Below, piece after piece: positions 26,001 through 37,464 of a DNA stretch of 64,000 nt. The position numbers and the translations under genes are program-made. Origin of the DNA: Proteromonas lacertae (Eukaryota); the NCBI GenBank assembly GCA_002245135.1, contig NGBS01001183.1, positions 1 through 64,000 on the forward strand. The letters are read 5' to 3'. The first letter of the stretch is position 1. The number at the start of each line of letters is the position of its first letter. The notes beneath the pieces are model-generated. The model did no database searches, was not told where the DNA came from, and worked only from the letters and a program-made list of their open reading frames with translations.

Positions 26001-29000
26001 ATGACCAACTAAATATTGGTAATATCCAGTGTATTTCAGTTGGTTTACATCAAGTCCTACTGCAAATATTGTGTATTTTGGAGATATAATTCCATTATCA
26101 TGAGCTCCTTTTATAAAATCATATTTCGCTGCTGCTTCTAATATTGACACTACTATTCCACCATTTGGCATATATGTCATTATCAATTTAGCTAAATACT
26201 GTGTATTTGTTACTGTATAACCTACTAATATTGTTTTTAAAACATGTATATTTAAATGAACTAAATCAGAAATTAAAATATCTTTTGCTGTTCTACCATA
26301 GTAACTATTCGTATAAGCAATAATAATTTGTTGAGATTTTTCTAACACTTCTCTTTGAATATAATATTGAAGAATATACTATTATACAATAATAAAAAAT
26401 ATATATAAAATAATATACTCTGTTGGTGAAAGGAATTCCTACATAAATTATATTTTCTTTACATTCACATCCTTCATAGTTATGTGGATAGATCAATATC
26501 ATTCCCTTACTTTTTAGAAAATCATAGCTTTCAATTCTCATTTCAGAATTACTCATACCTGAGATAATCTTTACACCAGAATCATATAAAGAGTCTATAA
26601 TTTCTTTTAGACCATCTGTTTTAGAATCAGCATTCTTAAATATTGGTAATATAAGCATTCCTCTAACTCCACCTTGATTCTCATTGATTAATCTTATCAT
26701 TAATGTATAAGAATGTAATAATGGTAAATCTTGATATGAATAATCACCTGTAAATGATAATATTATACCAATTGGTAATGTTAACCTTGGATATTTTTCA
26801 CTTCCAGAATCTCTCCAATTACAAGTATAAACTTCTTGTTGGAAATACTTTGAATACCATACTCTAGCTTCTTGAACAACTACACTCACAAATGAAATTG
26901 GCTCAATTCCCATTTGACCCATTTTTAATAAAATTATTGAATGAGAAACAACATTGTCTATGGTTAATTTGACTCTGCCAATTTCAGTTTCTATTTCATT
27001 TTTATAAAGATATTGAAGTATATCTTCATTACTAAACTCTTTTGTTGATTTAAGACTTCTTGAAATCAATGACAATGCTAATAAATAGTTAAATTCAGTA
27101 CCAGTATATACATAATTGCTACTTAATATTTGAGTTATCTTGTTTAAAAATGGTAAACTTGAGGGATAATATGGAATGGTATTACTGACAAAATAATGAC
27201 CATATGTATATACACCTCCAACATTCAAGAAATCGGCACTAAAACAAAAAATGGGAGTAACATCACCATGAAGGTATGATGTTGAGGATTTATACAAATT
27301 GAATAAATTGTACAGGTTCATACTTCTCAATGTAGTTATTATATAATTTTTGGTTGGACCACTCATTAATTTATTGATAAAAGTCTGAATACCTATTAGT
27401 GGAGTATCATATTTGGAAATATCTACAATCACTTCATAATCAGATAGAGATTCTGTATTCTTGATTGAATCAATAACAATTGAATTATAGTTCATCATAT
27501 CAGAATCACTTCCATCATAAACAAAAGCAGTATTTATATTATAATTATATACTAAGTAATTGATTGCAGTAGATACATATTGATCAGGTGAAGGGGACAT
27601 AAAAACTACATTCTTTTTACATATATTTCCAGTATTAAAACCAGTATAAAATAGTAAAGCGTCATTAAACACTGATCTAGCAGCAAACATTCGAAGAAAT
27701 GACATTTGAAATCCTCCAATATACAGTTTTATATTATATTTTTCCTTATCATTAATCAAATCTCCTGTTGTTACATTTGTCAGAGGACTTTCATATTGAT
27801 GAAATATCTAAATCATTAAAAAAAAGAAATATTCATACAATTACTCGTTTATTCAATAAACTATTACCTCTTATATCATTCACATACCATTTCAATAATA
27901 GCATTATGTTCTTTGTATTATAATCATTTGCAGCTTCGGTTATTAACCCAATATGTAATGGAATATTCTCGATCTCTTCATTAATTCTTGAAACACTACA
28001 CACTTTGGATTCATTTGTATAAATCTAATCAATAAAATAAAACTTAATAAAAATACATTTAAATCATAACCATTAGAATAGATTGGAGCTGGGATTGAAT
28101 ATGAAAATAATGTCTTATAATCCAAACACATATTACCTCCAGCATCAAGTGAAGTACAAACAACCTTACCAATATAAAATCCTTTTGTTAGATAATAACT
28201 GTTCGATAATTCTGCATTGTCAATTTCAGAAGTATGTAAACTGTGATGATACGTTTGTTGAATATTTTGTAATACTGAAGATCCAGAATAAGACAACTTT
28301 CTTGACATTGCATCAGTTATTAATAATATAGATTCATAAAGTGTCACAAAGTCTTCTTCTAATAATGATTTTATTATTCCACCTCTCTCTTTGATTTTTG
28401 ATGAGATATCTTGTACTCTATCATTATTAATCACAGGTAAGAATGAGCCAATAATATAAACACTTTGTGCAAAAACAGGAGATATTCTATTAGGAGTAAT
28501 AATGTTTCGAAGTAAAAAGTTATATGCAAATGTTGGATAAGAATAACATGGAATATTAAAATGTTTAAAATCATGAACTATTAGCAGAATTGATTGGTAT
28601 TGATTTGGATTAATATTAGAATTGCAAATCATCATAAATTTATTCGCAAATTGATCTTTACTATATGTAACTGAATCAAAACCATTTTTGTTATTCTCTA
28701 TATAACTAACTGCTGCATCTTTTATTCCTACTGAAATTCTATTGAATTGAAATATAACTATTATATTATATACGGATCAGCATCATAAAATATATGAACT
28801 CTTAAGGAATTTTGGGCAATAAAATCTAATGCTAAATATAAACTATTATCTGGAACTCTAGTGTTTATTAGTGTATTTGGTAAACATATTCCTCCTTCAA
28901 ATGGTTGATATACTAATAAAATTTTATCATTCTTTACCATTATATCATTCATATCTATTATATCTTTCTTTCTATACATATATATATATTGAATATTATT

Positions 29001-31808
29001 GTTATACATACGTTAATAATCCAGTAAAAGCAATTACTTCAGGTTTTTCTGCATATTCATTAATCACATCTAATATTTCACTCACATTGGATTTATAATA
29101 AGGAAATATAGGTTGGATTATACCATAACTGAAACTACTGTAAGAGTTTATCAAGTCACATACTTCAAGTATTACTTCAATTTGAGAAGAACAATAGTCT
29201 ACTCCGAATAACTCATCAGTTGGGAATAAACCAATCAAATAATGCTTTGATTTAGCATAATTATATAATGATTTAGTATCTAAATATGAATTACAATCAC
29301 ATAAACCTCCTCTATCATCAAAAATATATGATAAAAATTGACCTGATGATGGAAATTCTGTATCAAATTCAAATTTTCCTACATATTTTGTTAATAGTAT
29401 TCTGGTGTAAGAATAACCAGTCACAGAAAAGGACATTGGACCATTGATTGTTGAAATTGAGGAAGTATAAAGTAATCTAAATATATACATTAATAAGGTA
29501 TAATATACTCTCTTGTGTATTTATATTCATAAGATAATGCATTCATAATTACTTTCTTGTAATACATTACAGTATAATAACCAATCATAAAGTCAGTTGT
29601 ATAGAATGGAATGCTATGTCTACCTATTATCTTCATTTTATCATCAAACTCTCTTATATCATTATTATAATCTAATTTTGGATCAAATAGCAAAAATGTA
29701 ATATAATCTCCATCAACTGAGGGATTATAATCATAATACTCATCAGGATCAGGTATAACTAGTGGATAGAGTACTGGATTATAATGTAATGTTTTATAAC
29801 AGTATAGAAATAGATCTCTATATTCTGGTTCTAATAATAGAATTGTATATCCATTTGCTTCATCCTGAATTTTTGATTCATCTTTATTAGCTATTCAATA
29901 AATAATATTACAATAATATTAATACGATCAAATAGATGTTGTCTCATAAAATTTACACCAACATATCCTTCAGCTTTTGTTAATTCTTTTAGTGAATATC
30001 GATAAATTTTATCTTGCGGATAACCATTACTGATTAACTCTTTTTTCATCCAATTTGATATTAAATCACTATATCTAAGAGTTGAACTTATAATAACTAG
30101 TGGTTTGTCTTGATTCTTTCTCAAATACCATGTATATAGCATTTTGAATTTAGATTCAAATGATAATCCAGAGTATATAATTTTTGGAGCTACAAGCACT
30201 GCCTGTAGAATACGTAGTTGCAAATACTTTAAATTCAGTTATGTTTTGATTATCTAATTTTTCTACCAACTCATTTCTTTCTAGTACTCTCATTGAGGTG
30301 AAAATATAATTCCATTTATTTTCTTTGTAATAAGAAGATAACTATCAATATAGAGAGAATATATTCATATATTCATACAATTTTAATAATCTCATCCATT
30401 GGTTTTGAACCATCAATAATAATTGGATATATCATCACTTTCTTAATATCATTCTATTATATAAACAATAATAATTATTAATAATAATTAATACGCTTAA
30501 GTACATATCTCTAAGCGCCATCACTTCTGCATCTAGTACATATCTTTCATTGTTGCGATAACTATAATGACTGTTACTCAAATAGTTGATCAACACAGCT
30601 CCATAACTCATTCTTTGTAATTGAGAAGTAGAAAATGAACAACTAACGTCTGGTCTTCCAAATACATCAACATAAGTCATAAAACGATCAAATACTACTT
30701 TATATATAATCGTATAGTTGTTATTAACAGAAGAATATTTACCAATAACATTTGGAGATGTTAATACATTTTGTGAAGTGAAATATAGACTTTTATCATT
30801 TGAATACTTAACATACTTCTCATATATTGTTTCTACAAAGATTGAAGATTTCATATTTCTAACATCATTATACGCTTGTTCAAATGCTTTATATAACATA
30901 CATCTATAGAAGAATTAAATATTACAACTATACAATTTCATTATTTTTATATCATTATTATGATCAGTAACTAGATTCAGATTATAACTATAATCAGTTG
31001 ATTGTAACTCAGATGGTAGTAATATTAACACATTTTCCCACTCTGATGAACTTGGCATATTATTATGATATGCAAAATCATCTAAGTCAACTATCACTAT
31101 TTCAAATTGAGTCATTGAAGAAAGTGGAGTAATTAATTTGGTCGAAATTGTATTAAAATCTGATATTATAAACAATTCTGTCAATTCTGTAGAGGAGGAG
31201 TTTAATTGAGTTAATTTGGCATTTAACTCATTTTCAGGTGTAGAACTATCTATTTCTATGTAATTGAATGCCAATCCTAATATATCTGCTAATTTTATCA
31301 TGAATGTCTCGATTTCATCAGAATAATATGATCTTTGGAAAATCATTGAAATTGGTTTAACTTCACTGTAATAGATCATTACTAAATAATATTTATATAC
31401 AAATAAAATATACATTTTTCTATCGTTTTGGTTATTGAGCCAAAATGAACAACGTTAGAGTGACATCTTCCTACAACATAAGGTGTAGTTGACCACAGTG
31501 TCATTGAATAGTTTTTAAATGCTGAATTAATGTAATCCATATCTTTAAATATAACGGAAGTAAAAACAGTGAGTAATATCCTGAGTTTTGAAAGCATATA
31601 ATATATCATTAATTTTACTTCCATCAGATGATGTACTCATTTTTATAAAATCAGGTAAATGATCAACTCCAGTGTCATTTAAAATGATCTTAAGATCATC
31701 GATAAGCTGCAAATCTACAGATGAAGAAGGTCCATCTTCATAAATAAAACCTAATTTTACTTCATTTGCACTAACTACAACTAAAAACAAAACAAAAAAA
31801 ACGATCAT
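20030..31808 (-). CDS. Giant class C-type GPCR B, paralogue of A: signal peptide, 9 tandem UrtA/AmiC-like domains and 7TM, about 3,800 aa. It has 8 apparent single-base indels.
   Basis: Introns at 31382-31413, 30904-30933, 30454-30494, 30342-30378, 29891-29925, 29477-29508, 28972-29011, 28739-28773, 28025-28056, 27808-27838 and 26379-26418. Motifs YPHNYEGCECKENIIYVG, GCTTVYCRK and TFYTGPIPNQ. 7TM with CASPLF, CGLRV and TKNVANEFNDS. Confidence 0.8.
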
Positions 31809-32383
31809 AAAGACAGTCTTAATACAAAAAAACGACTAACTGATAATTGCATGATGGAATAACTACAGAACGACCAACATTTACATTAAATGTTACTTAA
31901 AACATCCATTATGGTGATTAAATCATTCAAATGAACCACCTTTACACCCTTATCTATAACATTAGTAGTATCTTTTCAATTACTACGCTTATCGCTGTTT
32001 TAAAGTTATACATACCTATAAATAATTTTTATGACTAATTCTATACATATTTTTATGGTCCTTATTAGAATGACAGATAAATTGATCTAGAAAACATAAA
32101 TACTATAAAACCTCTTCAATATATTTCTTTCATGGTATTGTCACCATTATCTTCTTTTCAATTATTATACATCTTCTTATAAATCATTTTCATAAAAATG
32201 GGGTATGTGAATTGTCACTCAAATTTTTCATAAACCCTATTCATTTCTTAATAAATTCATCCATTTGATTATTAATACATTAATAAACCCAAAGCCATAC
32301 ACAAATAAAAACAATAAGAAATTTTCTTATCATTAAATGCGAGCAATTTATGAAAAATTAAAAATAAACTAAAAAATATCTCT

Positions 32384-34525
32384 TTAATCTACTTCTTCCA
32401 TTGTGCTATCACCAGCAGCACCACTATCCTCTTCTAATGGTGGCATATCTGCATCATCAGCATTGTCATTATCATCATCATCAACACTTAATCCTAACTT
32501 AATCAATCTGTGAATTCTATTAGCAAATACAACTGGTTCTTCTAATGAGAATCCTGATGTTAATAAAGCTGTATCATATAATAACCAAATTAAATCTTTT
32601 ACAGTCTTATCACTCTTATCAGCTGCACTCTTTTCTCTTAAACTAACAACAATTGGATGTGTTGGATTGATTTCCATAGATTTCTTTGATGTCATATAAC
32701 CTCCCATAGCATTGTTTCTTAAAGCTTGAGCCTTCATAATACGTTCCATATTTGCACTCCATCCATATTCACCTGTAACTAAACAACATGGTGAATCAGC
32801 TAAACGTTCAGATACTGTAACTTTTTCTACTTTATCACCTAATACTTCTTTTACTAATTTGCATAAATCTTCAGTTTTGGCTTTTTCTTCTTCGAATTTC
32901 TTCTTTTCATCTTCAGTTTCTTCAATCTTTAAACCTTCTTTTGTGGCACAGATCAATTTCTTTCCTTCATATTCTTTTAATTGTTGAATGGCATATTCAT
33001 CAATTGGATCTACCATGTATAATACTTCATAACCTTTCTTCTTTAATTGTTCTAAGAATGGTGAGTTTTCTACAGCTTTTCTGCTTTCACCAGTGATGTA
33101 ATAAATACCTGGTTGATTTTCCTTCATTCTAGCAATGTAATCATCAAATGATATTTCTTCTTCACCACTCTTTGTTGATTGATATCTCAATAATTTAGCA
33201 ATCTTATCTCTATTGGCATTATCTTCATGAATACCTAATTTCAAGTTCTTTGAGAATTGTTCATAGAATTTCTTGTAATCTTCTTTGTTTTCAGCAATTC
33301 TGTTGAACATTGTAATACATCTCTTTACTAAGTTCTTCTTAATAACTCTCAAGATCTTGTTTTGTTGTAATGTTTCTCTTGAAATGTTCAATGGTAAATC
33401 TTCAGAATCAACAACACCCTTAATGAAGCTTAAATATTCAGGAATTAATTCTTCACAATCATCCATAATGAATACTCTTCTTACATATAATTTAATGTTG
33501 TTTCTCTTCTTTTGTGTTTCGAATAAATCAAATGGAGCTCTTCTTGGTACAAATAAGATAGCTTTAAATTCTAATTGACCTTCAACAGAGAAATGTTCAA
33601 CTGATAAATGATCTTCCCAATCATTTGTTAAACTCTTGTAGAATGCAGCATATTCTTCATTGGTAATATCTTCCTTCTTTCTCATCCATAATGGTTTTTG
33701 TTTGTTTAATGTTTCCCATTCATGTGAGACTTTCTTTACCTTCTTTGTTTTCTTTTCTTTCTTTTCATCATCCTTCTTAGCTTCATCTTCATCTACTTCC
33801 TCAACTTTTGGTTTGTCATCATCTTCTTTTTCTTCATCTTTCTTATCATCTTCAGCTTCATCGTCAGTAATTTCTTCTTCAGTTGTTTTTTCTACGTATA
33901 ATTTAATTGGGAAACCAATGAATTCACTGTGTTTAGCAACTAAATCCTTCAGTCTTCTTTCTTCTAAGTATTCTAATTGATCTTCCTTTAAGTATAAGAT
34001 CATCTTAGTACCTCTTGTTAATACTTCACCTTCAGTGTCTCTTTTAACTGTGAATGAACCACCAGCTGATGATTCCCAAACATATTGTTCATCATCGTTG
34101 TGTTTTGAGACACAGACTACTCTATCAGCTACTAAATAAGCAGAATAGAAACCAACACCAAATTGACCAATCATACTAATATCAGTTGTACCAGAACTTA
34201 AAGCTTCCATAAATGCTTTTGTTCCTGACTTTGCAATAGTACCAAGGTTGTTGATTAAATCAGCTTTAGTCATACCAATACCTGTATCACGGATTGTTAA
34301 TGTGTTATTTGTCTTATCAGCTGTAATGGCGATGTATAACTCTTTTTCTGAATCTAACTTGGATGGATCAGTAAGAGACTCATAACGGATCTTATCTAAA
34401 GCATCTGAACAGTTTGAAACCAATTCACGAAGGAAGATTTCTTTGTTACTGTAGAAAGTGTTGATAATAAGACTCATCAACTGATTAATATCAGCTGAGA
34501 AGGCAAAGGTTTCTGAATCGCTCAT
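32384..34525 (-). CDS. HSP90: Cytosolic heat shock protein 90, intronless
   Basis: 713 aa with [29 protein letters not shown] and C-terminal MEEVD. Confidence 0.99.
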   Translation of the reverse strand: MSDSETFAFSADINQLMSLIINTFYSNKEIFLRELVSNCSDALDKIRYESLTDPSKLDSEKELYIAITADKTNNTLTIRDTGIGMTKADLINNLGTIAKSGTKAFMEALSSGTTDISMIGQFGVGFYSAYLVADRVVCVSKHNDDEQYVWESSAGGSFTVKRDTEGEVLTRGTKMILYLKEDQLEYLEERRLKDLVAKHSEFIGFPIKLYVEKTTEEEITDDEAEDDKKDEEKEDDDKPKVEEVDEDEAKKDDEKKEKKTKKVKKVSHEWETLNKQKPLWMRKKEDITNEEYAAFYKSLTNDWEDHLSVEHFSVEGQLEFKAILFVPRRAPFDLFETQKKRNNIKLYVRRVFIMDDCEELIPEYLSFIKGVVDSEDLPLNISRETLQQNKILRVIKKNLVKRCITMFNRIAENKEDYKKFYEQFSKNLKLGIHEDNANRDKIAKLLRYQSTKSGEEEISFDDYIARMKENQPGIYYITGESRKAVENSPFLEQLKKKGYEVLYMVDPIDEYAIQQLKEYEGKKLICATKEGLKIEETEDEKKKFEEEKAKTEDLCKLVKEVLGDKVEKVTVSERLADSPCCLVTGEYGWSANMERIMKAQALRNNAMGGYMTSKKSMEINPTHPIVVSLREKSAADKSDKTVKDLIWLLYDTALLTSGFSLEEPVVFANRIHRLIKLGLSVDDDDNDNADDADMPPLEEDSGAAGDSTMEEVD

Positions 34526-34591
34526 GGTTGAAATGAATTAATGCAAAAATAGGCAAGAAAACTTAAAATGAAATTCTAAATGAAATTTATC

Positions 34592-34668
34592 AGAATATTC
34601 TATTGTTCTATTGCATTTCTTCTGATTGGTTGATTTGAATTTCTAGTGTTTTCTAGAACAGTCTAGAT
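34592..34668 (-). promoter_or_regulatory. Putative heat-shock elements and CCAAT box upstream of HSP90
   Basis: aGAAtaTTCt at 34592-34601. Degenerate nGAAn array TTCtaGTGttTTCtaGAAcaGTCtaGAT at 34641-34668 in 5-bp register. ATTGG at 34625-34629. Confidence 0.6.
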
Positions 34669-34920
34669 CATTTAATCTGTTTTTACATAGAAATAATATT
34701 CATTCATTGAAATAAATCCAATTTATGCAAATTTCATGAGTTATAATCCGGCCATTTTCGATAATCATTGTCATCATTTTTTTCATTCCTCTTTATTTTT
34801 GATTTTTTATTTATTTAAGCTGTTTGATAATATCATTCAAATGAAATGAAATTTAAAAAATCAAATAAAAGTATACAATTAGACATTACACAGTAAAAAG
34901 AGTAAAATTGAGTGTTTATT

Positions 34921-35692
34921 CTATACAATCAAATTAGCTTGATCTTTGATAAATCCAACTGCGCGATGTTTAATTGATTCTTCAGCTTTTCTTTTGATTA
35001 TGTTTTTCTTTTTCTTCTATTGCGCATATTAATAATCCTATTATTATTACCATATTTTTAACTCTCATTAACAAATAATAAGATATGTAGAAAAGAGTTC
35101 CTAAGTAGATGATCCATAAAATGCTTTCAATAACAACCATTATTTGACTAATAGCTAACTGATGATTACCAATACCAAACCAGCCATTAAAATGGTATTT
35201 ACCTGATAAAGAATAGTTTAATGAAGCAACAGTAAATATTACTTCACCAATAAGCTGAGTAACCTTATGGATAAAGTGATAGTTGGTTAATTGATGTAAT
35301 GCTAAACATATGAATTAAGAAATATATTATTCTAAACCTGATTTCATCGAAACAATAGCATAACCAGAAAAACCAATTGTTGCAAGTATTGACAAAAGAA
35401 TCTGAACTATCGGTTTTTCACCAAGAACTGCAAAAAATGTGCTACTGAACACTATAAAGATAATAATCTAAGAATTACCATTGAAGAATAAAGCACTCAT
35501 CAAAATAATAAAATTAATATGCAAAATTAGACAAAAATTATAATGTTGTGGTAATTCTACTTTAATTTCATTTAAATCAAAATGAATTAAGTTGAAAGGT
35601 TCTGATTTAAACGGATAATTCAGATCACGAAATTCATGACGTGGTAATGTTTCTTCTTGAACTACTTGTTTAGTTGTAACTGTTTGCAACAT
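34921..35692 (-). CDS. Four-TM membrane protein, possibly a divergent SCAMP-like protein
   Basis: NYPFKSEPFNLIHFD resembles the SCAMP NWPP..IHHD segment. Exons joined by three short introns give four hydrophobic segments. One apparent +1 indel near 35074. Confidence 0.4.
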
Positions 35693-35801
35693 GGCAGAAA
35701 ATAAATAAAAAAACTATTATCGATAGTTGAAATACAATCGATAGTTGAACCTGATTGTGACAGATTTATATTCAGTTTTTTTAATTTTTCAAAATAGAAT
35801 T

Positions 35802-36137
35802 ATGAGTCAAATAGAAGGAGAAGAAGGTATATAATTGTGATCTGTATTTTAGTTATTGATCAAGATAGACTTAATGCTTTTATTAATGCTTGCACTAGCA
35901 AGTCCAGAGTATTAACTATACGAGCATGTATTTCTATAGATTTATCAAGAAGCCACAAAAGAAGAAGTACGAAAACAAGAAGCTATTAGGCAGCAGTTCA
36001 AACAAGGAGAGTTTTCAGAATATCTCAAAGAACATAATGTATTTCTTGTTGTTATTTAATATATATAGGATGAAACATTTCAATCCATTCCTAGAGTCCC
36101 ATCAACTACAGAAAATAATGAAAATAATAATACATAA
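35802..36137 (+). CDS. Small hypothetical protein, about 80 aa, three introns
   Basis: Spliced frame MSQIEGEEVIDQDRLNAFINACTSKSRIYQEATKEEVRKQEAIRQQFKQGEFSEYLKEHNDETFQSIPRVP...T*, joined by three GT-AG introns. Confidence 0.55.
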
Positions 36138-36168
36138 GTTAATTATAATTTATTTTATTTCTTATTAA

Positions 36169-37313
36169 TTATGCTACACTGTATTCAGTTTGTCCATATA
36201 ATTTTAAAATTGATTTACTTCTTTTTCCCATCAAATACTTATTAAACGATGATGTTTTTGTCATACTTATATCTTGAATCACTGATAATGTCGGATAATT
36301 CACTATTTCACATTTACTGTTATGTACACATGTATTAATAGACAATTCAAACTCTACAGTGCTAGTTAACACTCGTTTTTCAACTCTTCTTCTCTTTTCA
36401 AAGTTATCATCATATATCTCAGGATTATGCATTATCCTAACTGATCTTTTAACGGCAGGAGGAGAGTCAGTAATACTTCCATTATACTCAAAATCGTTTA
36501 TTGGTAAAGGAGATACATTTTTACTATTCATACACTCTTGAAATGTCTTATTACTTGGAATTACTGTTGGATATGTATTTGATGAAGTAACAGAATTTGG
36601 ACTGGAATTAAGGCTATGCAATGGAGATAATACACATTCGTCTTCCTCATCTTCATTTATTGTATTAATTGTAGATGATATTGTTGAATATACTCTATAT
36701 TTGATTGGAGAATCGTTAGTGTTTGGTGATGTATGAGTTGATTCAATTTGTGAAGATGGAGGAGTTGTTATTTCTTCTATCTCTTTTGAATCTTCATATA
36801 TGTTAGATTCTTCTATTGTAGATGAAGAGGAAGAGGATGTTATTTTTGATTGAACTATCTGTTTTGGTGGTGTATTAGAGTCTAATTCATCAATTGTTAA
36901 ATCTAGTTGATTTATTGTGCTATTCATTTCTTTCAATGATTGTACAAATTTCTTATCTATTATTGGACTAGCATTTTGATGTTGCTGTGGTTTCTTACAG
37001 AATAATCTATTCCTAACTCTTGATGGAATGGTGAACAATATTTTATTCTTTTTATTTGAAGGTATTGGAGATACTAATCCTTTTAATTCATCACTTAATG
37101 GTGGAGATTTCAAAGAATTTGTTTTAGATATTCTATTATTGTGAATTTCTTTTGTATTAGGAGTCTAGACTATAATTATATAGTTTATACTGAAAATAGG
37201 ACATGATTAGGTGAAAGTTCAGGACTTTTAGGAGTTTCAATCAAAATTTCTTTCATTGGCTTTAGAATACGATGACGTGGTTCATGTAACACTGGTGAAT
37301 TGATGTAATCCAT
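36169..37313 (-). CDS. Ser/Pro/Thr-rich, probably disordered hypothetical protein
   Basis: ATG at 37313. Intron 37165-37190 joins in frame to ORF 36169..37113. Many SP/TP dipeptides. Confidence 0.6.
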
Positions 37314-37464
37314 CGATATATCAAATGAAAAATGAGTTTTAAAGTTTTCGCGGTTTTGTGGGCTTGTATAAAGCTTGATTGAATCTTTTTTATTTTCATT
37401 TTTTCACACCATAAATTAAGGAAAACTTAAATTACATACATCAGCATAAATTAAAACGAAATAA

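Noticed and set aside
33285..33980. Plus-strand ORFs 33285..33578 and 33660..33980, and similar short antisense ORFs (7574, 14650, 19443, 46171, 51584, 53846)
   Set aside because: They are antisense shadows of real minus-strand genes, with low-complexity F/S/L-rich translations.
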